Source: Vairimorpha necatrix
Taxonomy: Eukaryota
DNA: 64,000 bases
Direction: 5' to 3'
Assembly: GCA_036630325.1 (NCBI GenBank)
Contig: CP142729.1
Location: 744,001-808,000, forward strand
Made by a program: the position numbers and the translations under genes. Position 1 is the stretch's first letter, and each line of letters starts with the position of its first letter. The notes beneath the pieces were generated by a model, which saw nothing but the letters and a program-made list of their open reading frames with translations, searched no databases and was not told the origin of the DNA. Positions 25,808 through 38,800 of the stretch are shown here, in pieces.

Positions 25808-28800
25808 CAGAGGAACAATAAAGGGTACTTATTGTGTTATCCTGGTTTATTCCATGTCTAGGCCGCATATTTTCTTGGAAATAACCCCAAAACTCTCAAT
25901 TTGTATGGTACTGTGACTCGGGATCGTTAAAGTTTACGAAATTGATGACGTGATTTAAACTTAAAATTTCCATCCCAGTGATTTTTTTAATGCGGCATCA
26001 TATGCTACCATTGATAATGATCACAATAGAAATGGTGATACATATTGTATCCTCATGAAGAATAGCCGCATTTCTACTCGAAACAGGACAAGTAGGACAC
26101 ACTCATGTTATGCATTGACCAATTTTTTTTAAAATAGACTTTTATTTTTCATGTTCAAAAACGCCCTATTTTTAACTAATTTGTGCTTACCTTTTGTGTA
26201 ATTTTTTAAGGACTCCTTTCAAATTTTTATAGCGGGTTCATTTTTTCAAAACGGGGTTCAAACGGGCTGTACCTCGTTCTTTTATATATTAAACTTTGAT
26301 ACAACATTAGGTCTTTTATGCCTCTATCTTGCATCCAACTTCCGCAGAGTTCCCGAATCATTTTGGCAAACAAAATGTTACGATTCCATGACATAAAAAT
26401 ACTAGCAATTTATACTTATGATTCGTTTTACATATTTTATAATTTGGTTCAAGTATTTATCTTCAACGTAAAGTTACGCTGTATGTACAATGTTGTTGTT
26501 TCTACTTATAATATAACAATTTAATCTTTTTTTGATAAAATATAACAAATTAAACAATTTCTCAAGTATATCTTCTCTCTTGCTTATTTCCGCCGCTCTT
26601 TTGGCATTTTTATACATGTTCCTGATAGTTTTGTACAACAAGTTTTGTCTAAATTGACCATTTTTTTTGTTATTGCGTATATGTGTATTTTGTTTCGAGG
26701 AAATATATAAAGAGTACTATACTATACGCCATTTTTTTTTTTGTCTTTTTAAAAGTATAGTAAAATTACCATAAATTAAATCTTGTATAATACAACTATA
26801 TGGGTGGTATTTGTCTTTTCTTTTATAATGCCAAACTAAGCTATAATAAATTAACAATAATATTTATATATCATTTGGGTTTGGGGTCTCTTTGAGGAAT
26901 TATAAATCTATCGCGATATAGTGCGCCCTATAAGAGGTTAAAAATGTTTTGAAAAAACGAGCTCTGTTCTCCCCGCGAACCAAAATTTAAAAAAGTCAAA
27001 AGTAGTTTATTTTTCGATTTTTTTGGAAACATAATAATAAATGTAAAAATATGATATATGCTAATTTTTTCGGCATAGAATAGAGTATTTCATTTTATAT
27101 CATTTTTTGATTCAATGGGCCGAGCCACCGTGTATAACTTTTAATTTTACGCAGTCAATGCCAAGATGATTGACGATTGTAAACAAAATCATAGCAGGTT
27201 TTCCAAGAAGAGGAATACAACATAGTAAAGAATTTAAAACAATTTACCTAACATTTTTTCTTAAAAAATCATCAGCTAGATGTATAAATTTAATCAAATT
27301 ACAATAAAAGCAAACATTCCTTTTAAGTCTATAAAAATGCAGCTCCTTCAATATGTAGTAGCCAAATGCGAATTTAGACATGTTAATTAAATGTAAATAA
27401 AAACAAGAGGCTATTATATGAGCTTGAGCGTCGTAAATTTGGACAAAACACTCGCTCTACTAAGATATAGTGATAGTTATATTTTTAAATAATTTTTAAT
27501 GACAATATGTAGTATGAGACATAATAGTGAATTAAAAATAGATGGTTATTTTTTATTAAAAAAGTGTTCGATTTATGAATGTAAATTATATGGTAATTAA
27601 ATTCTAGTTTAAAAGATTTTTTCCTATTCTCATTATTTCTAATTTTTTGCTTCCTATTATTAGGTGTCATCATAGGTTTATGCTAATGTACAATATGATA
27701 ATTATTGTACATTGAAATTCGTTAAATTTGAAGTTTGATCTATATTTTACCAAACTATAATCGCCGGGCATTAATAATACTTTAGTTATAGAATCTATGC
27801 TCGAAAACAGTAATTATAATATCATAATCTATCTTATCAAATTAATTTATTTACGAATTTACAAGTTCTTTAAATTGTTTTGTAACTGTCAATATATGAT
27901 TCGAGTCTTCTTTTACATTATATGCAAGTGTTTGAATATTTAAGTAGCCAATCAAATCATTCATTTTTAATGTATTATAACATGTGCTCAAGTTTTTATA
28001 CAAATAGCAAACAAACCATTATAATTCTATAAATATGTAAAAGAAATATAGATGAATTGACGCATGGATCTAATCTATAATTTTTATATGACATCAAATA
28101 GCCTTATCATAGTAACCGATGAGTGCTTTTTACAAAAAGGGAGATTTAGATACTTATATTAACCAAAAACTATATAATCTAATTGCAAAACAGCACGTAA
28201 TAAGGTCATGTGCGCATTTATTTTATGTTTATGATAGGATTGTCTAAACTAGGGGGTTAACTATTATAAATGTGCCTACCTTAACTATATGTTGAACATT
28301 ATTTATTCTGTACAACATTATTTATAACCCTTTCACTTGATGTATCGAATACATTAGAAGTATATATGGAAGATTGAATTTTTTTTACCTCAAGGTCATT
28401 CGACTTATCAAGTAAATCATAAACTATCTAATTGTTAAGTATCTTTTTTGACGAAATATTATTATTTTTAAAATTTTTTGACTTATATTTTATAGTATTC
28501 TACAGTTAAACTTTCTTAACATAAAAGTCTATTCTAGTTTGACTATTTTTTTCCAGCATCCTATTTAAGATTACGTATTAAAAATGACCCTGATTATGTT
28601 AACTATGTTTATTTTTTGATCGAGTTATTTTGTATTTGATATCAACCTCTTATCATTAGATAGGGCTAACGATTATTTCATACTTATACATTAAGAATAG
28701 TTCATTTACAACTAGCAATATTTCCTAAACTTTCTGTTTCGATTTTTAAGCAATTTTTGATGTTATCACGATTTTACTACGCAATTTATATTCTTTTCTC

Positions 28801-29786
28801 AATTACAACATAAAGTCTAAGTAATCTGTTTATATCATTTAACACAAGTATCTCTATCGATAAATGTTAATTTGTTCCAAATATGTCTTATCATGTAAAA
28901 TTGCTTTTATTAAATATTTTGTGTTAAATTTACCTTCTTTATAGTTTTATTGCGTTTCTTCTCTATTATAACTTAAGTACGCACGGCTGTTTATTGGCGT
29001 CATATGCATAAAATATCATGTTAATGGTTCAAACAATAATAAAGAATATGCAAACAATACAGAATTAACAAAGCCTATAACAAAAAGTAGCTTCAATTGT
29101 TTGAAATCAATATAATAGATATAAATTTTAGCAAAATATGACATTTGCATATATTTTAATAATTTGTATTAGCAAAGGATTTTTAGAATATACATTGTAT
29201 GTATGTTTAGTTGTTACTTCATGCTACTTTTAGATTAGTTTCTTAGACACTAAGATTTAAGATAGTAACTTTTACTCTCATAAAATTTTAAAGCACTAAT
29301 ACATAAATATCATAGAATTTATGTACTAATCTTTAATACGCCCCATACAATAAATATCTTGAAGGAAAAGCTAAATGAAGGCGTATATAAACAAGTTTTC
29401 CTACAGCTACGATTTCGTATACAATTGTTTACTGTTTTCATTTACTTCGAATCAAATATTGGAGATGTATTTTTCATTTCTAGAAATGCTACTTTATAAC
29501 AACTCTACTTTTCAGTTCTAAAACATTTATTTTGGTCCAAACTTGTAACAAAGCATAATATGCTTTTAATAAAATCCAAATTTGTCTGGCGCAATGAAGC
29601 TTAATAAAAGCTAGGCATATTTTAGATGGTTAAGTTAAAAAAATTAAAGATATTTAATTTGTTTCACGAGTTATCATAAAGTAATCGTGCAATAAGCAGG
29701 GGGCGTGAAATGTTTAATAATCATCTTTATAGATATTTATGCCAGGGACATCAAATTGATTGTTGAAGCAGATTCTGAGTGTTTCA

Positions 29787-30090
29787 TGACGTAGCCCAGA
29801 GGAGCTACCTCTGGATAAGTATAATTCAATATAGTTAATGATTTTATTAATATTAGATAACCCTCGTTGGGCATCTATAATGGGATACTGATCCCTGGCT
29901 TGGTGGCCCTTCCTTGGTCTATTTTTCCAAGGGCACTGATCGCTTGTTAGTTTCATAATCTGGTGTGGGGGTCAGGGCAAAAAAGAAATAAATATTCGAT
30001 TTTTGGAATAGACTGGTCGAATGGTCTATTTTCCAAAAGGAAAAATTGATAAAATATAAATTAATGATTTGTAGTATTTATAACTTCATA
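29787..30090 (-). mobile_element. Solo LTR, family B
   Basis: Homologous to 51943-52245; TSD TTTCA. Confidence 0.88.
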
Positions 30091-30364
30091 TTTCACATCA
30101 TTCTACTTCATTGGTCCATTTTCTTATTAACAACTGTTAGAGATATTTTATGGTATAGTAGACAAGGCAAATTGAATATAATAAAACAAACAGACTATTC
30201 TTTGTTTTGTATATGCAACTTAAAATAATATAATCTATGCTTAAACAAAACCTTTTTTCAATATTATTTTTCGTTTTATAATGATAGCCTTGAAAAAATT
30301 GGGGCTTCTTTGAAAAAAGATTATTCAGTGAAGACATAACATTACTGCAACCTAGATTACCAAT

Positions 30365-33300
30365 ATATAAAATTTATTTGGGTATATATTCGGCTTATTA
30401 ATTACTTTTCACAAGATACGCTTACATCTCATCTAGCAGATCTAGGACTTCCTTCTGAGATTCACTCATTGGGCTCTCGAAGACCCCTTCCTGATCTGTA
30501 TCAAGCCCATGTCTGGCTGACATAGTTAGGCTTTCTATAGTCATTTTAAGGACTCTTGACTATATATATGCTATCGTTCTGGGTTCTAATCTGAGCACTT
30601 TAATATGCGTACGGTGAAAATTAGTTACTATCCCATCCCACGTCATCACATAAGGAATAATTTTCGGCTTGTATTTGTAAAGAGAAGCCACATGATTTGC
30701 GAGCAAGTCGTATTTATGCTTCTTTTCTGTTTCTTTTGCATGGAGGTTGTTAAAACTTGTGATTCCAACTTCTACAACGATCACTTCTTTCCTCAACTTG
30801 TCTACAATTAGTATATCAGGCTCGTTATACTTTATTTCAATACTTGAATGTATCCTACTGTCGGCTCGTATCTCAACATACTCATTAGCTATACATTCCT
30901 GGACTGAATGATTTCTAATTCTTTTGGCATGGGATAGACCATACGTCCTACACAACTGCAGGTGGATGCATCGCAGTGCCTCATTGTGCCGCCTCATGTA
31001 ATAATGTGAAAGCATACGATCACATTGGGTGGCCATATGATCTACTGTCTTTGCATATTCATGGCAGTGTGGGCATTTTATCCGTTTCTCTAAGAAAATA
31101 TTTCGGTCCTGTAATGCAAATAAATTGCGATTCTCTCTCGGGCTCATATTTCCTTTTGTGAGCCATGTGGCAGCCTGTTTTATATCAATAAGTGGATCGT
31201 CTCTTGGTCTAAATAGCTTTGAATGGTTTGTTTTTATTTTTATATCGCTATAAAGAGATTCGGTTTGTGCCTCTATTAATATTTTAGCTGTTACGTTTTC
31301 CTTAAGTTTATATTTCTCTTTTATATATCCTTCTATAATGGATAGATATGTGTAGCCAGTTTTCGCGGAGTGGAAAATCGCTTTGCGTCTTAGAACAGAT
31401 TCTTTCGTGCTTTCAAATTCTTTGGCTAGTTGTAAAAGCATTCTTTCACTTTATGTTCTACGCATTGGAGCCCTAATCCAAGTTCGGCTCTGGAGAGATA
31501 TAATCTTTCTTTAGTTGCAGGTTGTTGATGGACGTGATATTTAATCAATAATTTTCCGATGTTGTCGTCTATGATCTTGTATTCTTCTGGTTCAGCATCT
31601 ATTATTCCTATATAGTATTTTATTGGGCTTATTCCATGTTCATTGATTGCTTTAAACAAATGTTTCGCATTCAGCTTAGTCTTACATAACTTTTCGATTC
31701 TTAATAAGATGGCCTTCAATATTTTTTCCTTTGTTTCCTTCATTATCTTACCTTCGTGGCTTTCTGTAATGCCCAGATATTTATACCCCTCATGCCCCTC
31801 TAGCAACTTGCCTTCATCTTTACACCTTATACTATTTGTAGCCGATTTTTCCGCGTTGATTTCTAGACCTACAGTATTAAAGAATTTTCTTGTCTCATCT
31901 ATCATCTCTTTCAATACTTCCTCATTTTCCGCAAGTATTTTTAGATCGTCAATAAACAACAAATGGTTAGTTACAAATGCTTGTTCTCCCAGCGGGATGC
32001 TTAACTTGGGGTATATACTATTCAATTTACGACTTAACGGGTCTATACACAGCACAAACAATAACGGGGACAAACTATCTCCTTGTAATATTCCTCTTCT
32101 GGCCTTCTTTTCCATGATCTTCTCATTTCCTTCAAATATTTCTAGATTCCTCTTGCTGGGCAGTATTTCTATTGTCTTACATATCCACTCTGGTAGTCCC
32201 AGAGCTTTAATGCATTATATTAAATAGTCATGTCTTACTGAGTCGTACGCCTTCTTAACATTTATCCAGGCCGTTTTGATTTTATAATTAAATTCTCTAT
32301 TCAGCATGTTATTTGTCATTGCCTGTTCTTTAGCTCCCCGGACTTTCCTCTTTGTTCCCATCTGGTTATCTGCTAAAAGAGAGTTTATTTTCCACTAGTT
32401 CCTGGAGTACGTATGTAATACATTTTGTTGTAAGTTTGTACAAGTTAGACATACATGTAATGTGTCTAAAGTCTTTTCCTTCCACTGGTTGCCCTTTAGG
32501 TATCAGATAAGTAATTCCTCTGTAAAACCATTCTTCTTCCGTATAACTCTCCGGGCATATTTTCTTAATTACTTTGTAAAGAGATCCATGTAGGCAAGAC
32601 ATTTTCTTTATAAAGAAATTATAGACTCTATCTGGACCTGCTGCTTTCCAGTTGGGCAGCCATCCTATTATATTTTTAAACTCTTCTTCTGTCGGGAAAG
32701 CATTGATGCTGGGCTGTTCTATTTTGTATTTCCATAGGTATTCTTCTTCATTCTCCAGTGTTTCTTGTTTTGCATTTTCCCACATTTTCGACCAGAAATC
32801 TTCGATCTCTTTTTTCCCAACTTTATGATTATTCTTCTCCTCTGCATTTAGGTCTCGGTAGTATCTTCCACGGTAAAGTTCAAATTTTGTATTTTCATTT
32901 CTATATGCTTTTCTCTTCTCGTAAACTTCTATCTTCTTCTTGTATACCAAGATCCTCTCCTTAAGGTATAATTCCATTTTAATAACATCATTTGCTTTTG
33001 AAAGTATTAAGTTTCTTTCCCTCATGCATTTTCTTAGGGCTTTTTTCTCTTCCTCAGTTATCTTATCTTTCTCAAACTTACATTTATCAAAAAGCGTTTT
33101 CTTTTGTTCCATTGCGTTTATTTTATCTTCAATACTTTCTTTCCAAACACTTTTCTTGATTTCTTTACATGTTATCTCTTGATACACCCATTGTTGTTTA
33201 GATAATTTTGACAATATCATTCATATTATTGACTTTATTCTTTAGTAAAAAATTTCCAGCCACTAAATTTAAAGATTCTATAATTTCATAATTAGCTTTT

Positions 33301-33851
33301 AAAGAAGATATCTTTCTTGTTTTTTGTACAGAGCAAACGTCTGCATCTTTAATTTTAGTCCACATCTCTTTAAATCTTTTATCTATTTCATTTTGTCGCT
33401 CTACATCTTTTATGGTGCATACTCTTGCAATCTCGTCCAAAGTCTTTCTTCTTTTAGTTGTATTCTCCTCTTTAAACTCTCTTACTCTTGTAAGCGTCCC
33501 TGCTTCATTTTCAAGTGCTTTTTGCGCCATTTTCTTTATTCTAACAATAGATATTTTTTCCTTAAATTTTGCACAATAGAACTCTAGTACTTTGTTCCAT
33601 CCTCCCTTTGGCATCTGATTCCATCTACTTATAATGGCTTGAAAAGACTTCCTAGGCCAATCATACTTGGCACCCTCAACTTCTCTGAGAACGGCCATTA
33701 GAGAATCCAACTTGTTAGACCTCTTGGGTCCTCCTGGTTCTGTACTTAATGATACTGAGTTTATATCGTATGTTTTTTGGTTGTTTGGTGCTGCTGGTGT
33801 TGTTTCAGCTATTTTTAGTTCAGCTCCTTCTTCTTCATTTTTACCCTTCAT
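30365..33851 (-). mobile_element. R4/Dong/NeSL-like non-LTR retrotransposon (RT + CCHC + restriction-like endonuclease), ORF frameshifted
   Basis: WKAAGPD, GILQGDSLSPLLF, HLLFIDDLK, CPHC..TVDHMATQC, YMRRHNE, EPDILIVDK..VVEVGI..KKHKY. Confidence 0.9.
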
Positions 33852-33990
33852 ATAAAAGTATTTTAAACAATTATTTTAAATTCAAGAAACTTCCTGTGAT
33901 ACAGGACAATAATAATCAAAAATATATTGCAGGGAGGAGCACCATCATTGCTATTTACAAACAGGCCGCCTCCCTGGTGGTAACACCTCA
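33852..33990 (+). repeat. 3' part of an LTR related to 49105-49408
   Basis: GCAGGGAG.AGCA...TGCTATTTACA...GGCC..CTCCCTGGTGG.AACACC.CA shared with 49345-49408. Confidence 0.7.
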
Positions 33991-33991
33991 A

Positions 33992-34291
33992 AAGCATTCT
34001 AAGAGGTTACGGTTATTGGAGCCGTTGATTCTCAAGGTAGAGTTTTGTTTAGTATTAATAGTTTTATTTAAGGCGTCGTTGCTCTGTTGTGAAGGATAAG
34101 TGAGCTTGTGAGATTTCCTGTTCATCATATTCATATCATTTTTTCTTTTTTATATTTGTTAGTACCTATTAAGAATATATCGTTTTATGATAGACCAATA
34201 GACGTCGTGTTTCAAGATGTGTAAGAAACATTGTTGGCGTGTTGTTGCTCTATTGGTTACTTATGATCCATGTGATAGATATTATACCACA
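33992..34291 (-). repeat. Truncated LTR related to family A
   Basis: Starts TGTGGTATAAT..ATCACA, contains GTAACCAATAG, encodes NRNLLECF at its broken end. Confidence 0.6.
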
Positions 34292-34621
34292 ACAGTAAAT
34301 ATACCTCTGTATCCCACTTCAAATTTAATGCTGTAGATAGTATTATAAGATTATAAAAATCCTTTTCTAAACAACCATCTAAAATTTTTATCAACTCGCA
34401 TGGGTTTAAAACTACTTATGACATTCTATCTGTTGTTGTCTCTTTTTTTAACAACCTCATGCTATTTGCATATATTTTTCATGTATTTACCTCTTAAAAG
34501 ACCTTGAACTTCAAATAATGTTTGTATGTGTTGGAACAAAATATGGGTTTATTTTAATATAATTATTTAAAAGTTTTGATGTCAAATATATCAACTAGAT
34601 TATATATTTGCAATTGAAATA

Positions 34622-35885
34622 TGTTGAAGGAGTTAACAAGCATAAGGGAGGTATCTATTAAATATTATAAAGACACCAACATCCCCCTCAAAAGCATCTT
34701 ATCGGTTAACTTCCTTCACTTTGCAAGATTCCTCTTTCCTTTTATTTTTCCTATTCATTTTCTTGTTCAAGTTATTATTTACTGTGATCCTTTTTGTCTT
34801 TATGTTTAGAAATCCCCTTTCTTCAGCCAGTTTTCTACTAATTAAGTTTAAGTTACTTCTCGTATCTACCGCTGCATTTATTTTATCTCCCGCAATATAT
34901 ACTTCCATTGTCTTGACTTCTCCTAGTGGTGTTTGTAGATTTTAAATTATAGATTTTTCCGAATATATTTCCCGTTCTTCTTTCGAAGGCTGTTTGTTGA
35001 TTCTTTTCTGCATAATGTTCTACTTTGGGATTATAATTTTTTGAGTTGTTTTTTTTTCAATAGATATTCTCTTCTCCTTAAAAATTCTAACTTGTTTAAG
35101 TAATTTTCGTATAGAGACTGGTTAGAAAAGTAGTCTCTAAATGTTATGAATCCTTCTATATTTAGAAATGTCCTAGAAATTATTTGTTTGGCGTATTCTT
35201 CATCCATGCCCGAATCATAAGCAATAGTTATGATTCTTACTAACCTGTGGTATCCACCACAATTATTTCCCTAAATTTTTCTTCCTTTTTCCTTTTTTAG
35301 AAAAAGTGAATTTTAAGAAAACATTTTCTATAGATAAAAAATATGAAAAGAAGGGCACACAAAAAGATGAAAAGATATAATAGCTCAGACAGACAACAAA
35401 CAAACATGACTCCACAGCGAGATCATAAAAATAAACACTTAAGAAAAACAAAACCATTTATTTGTTCATTCATAAAACAAAAGCTTCGTTTCGGACACCT
35501 TACCCGAGGTTACGACATAACCATTCCCCCACCGGTTCATTTAATCTTTGTCTGGCTTCTAATAGTTTAAATAGTGTTATTTTCTCTGTCATATTTTTTA
35601 GTCGCCCCTTAATTTGTCTCCATGTAACATTTGTAAATTTTTCCTTGTTTTGTACAAAAAGAATTTGAGCCTCCCTGTCAAGGATCATGAGGAAAATTAA
35701 AATCTTCTACTTGTCTCGAACAATATTATGGGCTGTAAACTGTAGCTCCAAATATTCCAAGTCTGCTTTGGCCTTAGCAAGTCTGAATGTTAATCCTTCC
35801 ATTTTTAGAGTCGTACCGGGTGCCATGTTGAAGGAGTTTACATTCATAAGGGGTTTATTTATTAAATATTATAAACACACCAACA
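34622..35885 (-). mobile_element. Mini LTR element (gag-protease relic only) with 60-bp LTRs, nested in the 3' LTR of the Gypsy element
   Basis: LTRs 34622-34681 and 35826-35885 (TGTTG...CAACA); PBS TGGCACCC; PPT GAGGGGGA; VDTRSNLNLIS protease relic; flanks AAATA/ACATA. Confidence 0.85.
35246..35517 (+). mobile_element. Solo LTR, family D, nested in the mini element
   Basis: TGTGGTATCCACCACA...TACGACA; TSD TAACC. Confidence 0.85.
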
Positions 35886-38800
35886 ACATATATTCCTACA
35901 CTACTCCCCTTTAAAAGTTTTACATTATTTCGATTCGCCGTAATCGTTCTTCCGTCGTCAAGTAAAACATTATACGATTAAACCCTTTATACAAGACTGT
36001 TCCTTTATCTTGCCATTTTGGTTCCAGTTTCCCTCCTTGGGGCAAAATTAGTTTGTACATACCCTGCCACCTATCTTTATTTCTTCCGATTTAGGCGCAC
36101 CCGTTTTCTCATGTGTTGCATACTTCACTCTGTATCGTTCTAAATTCTCCTTCGCTCTAGTCCTAAAATCTGTTCTATCCATTCTTATTTTAATTTTTTC
36201 CTGCATAAACATATGACAAAGAACTAATCCTTTGTGCAATTCTATGAACGCAAAGCCTATGGCGCGGCGATGGGGCTGCACATAGGCTTTATTTACTTTT
36301 TTTTTGCACATTTGCCCAATCAAACTTGCCAAATTCCGTATCTTCCTTAGTTTAATTCCTATCGTTCTGTTAAATTTTTTCATTAATCCTGTTGTGGTCG
36401 GGATGTACGGTAATCGGATTTTCCAGGTAAACTGTTCTCTTTCGCATAATCCTCGCAGATTCGATTTTTAAACTGTCGTCCGTTATCTGTTAAAATTGCC
36501 TTCAAAATTCCATATTTCTTTATGATGTATCTGTCCACTATATACATTATTGAATTCATGTCTTTTGTATGGATCGGGATTATCTCCCCAGGTTTTAGGA
36601 AATGTTCTATTGTTGTCAGAAGATACCTGTACCCGTCCTCACTCTACTTAAATGGTCCTACTATGTCAATTTCCAAATCTCTCCAATGTTGTTTGCCACC
36701 AACGGTGCAAAATCTTTAAATTGTTTTTGTTCTCTTTTCTGTTGACAGATTTCGCAGTTTTCTACAAACTGATCTATATCTTTGTTAATTTCCTTCCATT
36801 CATATTTAGTCTCATGTTATATTTCATATTTTGCTTTAAGCCATGACCCAACATATCGTGGTAAAATCTGACCAATTCTATCCCCCCCTTTCCCTTTTTA
36901 TAACTTTCCTTTCTTCAGCGGGGCTTACCGTTTCAATGTTCTTCATTTCTATTTTGAAGTCTCTACTTAGATGGTCTACATAGTTCGAGGGTCCAGCAAT
37001 ATACTCAATTGTAAAATCATATTCCTGAAGAAGAAGCGACCATCTCGCTAACCTTGCCTTAATATTCCTTGACTTTAAAAGATACTTTAAAGCTTGATAG
37101 TTCGTGTGGAATGGGATTTCCCCTAACATTAGATATTCTCTGAAGTGTTGAAATGCTTTGACTACTGCCAAAAGCTCCTGTTCTATTGTAGAATAATTTT
37201 TTTTCGCTTTCATGCATAAAAAACTTAAATATACTACCATTTTTTCCTTTTCTTCTATTACCTGGGATAGCATGGCTCCAATTCCTTCATTTGACGCGCC
37301 CATCATCAAAATGAATTCACCTCTCGTATTTGGGATTGTCAGAAACGTCGCTTTATTGACAGCTGCCTTCAACGCTTCTATGGCTTCGATAAATTGCCTG
37401 TTTTCTGGTTCCTTTTTCCAAAATTTGATTTCCTCTTTCTTTTCAACTTAATAATTCTATACAATGGGCTTACTATCTTATGACTGTCTTTTATAAATTT
37501 CGAACAGTAATTATGTAGCCCCAACAATGATTTTAATTTCTTTTTGTTTCTTAGTATCGGCAATTCCTTACAACTCTTTATTCTTTCAGTGTCAATCCCC
37601 AATCCTTTTTTTGAGATTATATGCCCTAAGATTTTCAGTTCTTTCTTTTTAAATTCACGCTTTTTCTCATTCAGCTTTACTCTTGCATTTACTAACTTCT
37701 CCATAACCAGCTTAACATGCGCTTGATGTTCCTCGAACGTTCTACGATAGACCAGGATATCATCCATATAAACTACCACGAATTTGTATAAAAAATCTCT
37801 CAGTATGTTATTCATTGCTCTCTGAAATGTGACTAGTCTGTTTACTAGACCGAAAGGCATCTTTACAAATTGAAAAGATCCTTTTCTGCATGCAAAGGCC
37901 GTCTTCCCAATATTCTTTGGTGCCATATTGATCTGGTGATATCCCGATTCGGCATCCATTTTAGTAAAATAACTTGCACCCTCTAGTGCATCAAAAAACT
38001 CATCCACTCATGGCATGGGGTATGCATTCCGAATCGTAATATCATTAAGACGCCTGTAATCTATACACAATCTGTAACCTCCATCTTTTTTTGTTACTAC
38101 GACGCTGGACTTCGCCAAGCACTCTCACTTGGCTGTATCGCTCCCAGCTCAAGGTATTCTTTTATTATTTTAGATGCCTCTTTTTCTTTCGTTCCGCCTA
38201 ATTTATATAGCTGAGCCATGTCTGGTTCGCTATCTCCTGTGTTAATCCTATGATATCCAATTGCGTTTCTTTTAAGGATTTGTCCTGATTCCATGTTAAC
38301 CTTTCCATTTCCAAATCTTAGGTCAACTTCATACTTGTCCAATAATATACATCCTACTATACACGGCATGGTGATGTCTCGTGTTACAATAAATTTGTCT
38401 TCAAAAACGTATCCTTCTATCTTTATTTTCAGCATCGTTTTTCCTATGATTCTTATCTGACCCGTTGGCCGCGCGTAATTATAGATTCTCTCTAGTCAAT
38501 CTCGTTTTGTCTTTGAGTGTTCCGGCCTGAGCAAATTAACTTCTGCACCTGTATCTATTAATACCTTAAACGGCCGTTTAACGTCCTCAAGTGTAGCCAA
38601 CTTAACAGTGGATCGGGGACTTCTGCTATTTAATAACCTATAATTAAAAATGAATATATTTAAGTCCTCTTCTTCCACATCTATCTCATCATTCCCTTGT
38701 GGTATACTAACCTCTCTGACTTGTTTCTGCACCTTAGAGCTTTTCTTTAAACTGTTGAAACGACATTGAAAGACCACATGTCCTGGCTCGCTACAGATCA

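Larger units (their letters stand above)
22320..26273 (-). mobile_element. Internally deleted Merlin DNA transposon hosting a Gypsy insertion
   Basis: Imperfect ~60-bp TIRs GGTAC...GTACC; 8-bp TSD TCATTCTT/TCGTTCTT; relic NFNDPESQYHTN near 25900-25940 (-). Confidence 0.75.

Noticed and set aside
31643-33855. Plus-strand ORFs up to 194 aa (and similar ones at 53730-55718)
   Set aside because: Antisense shadows of RT coding regions
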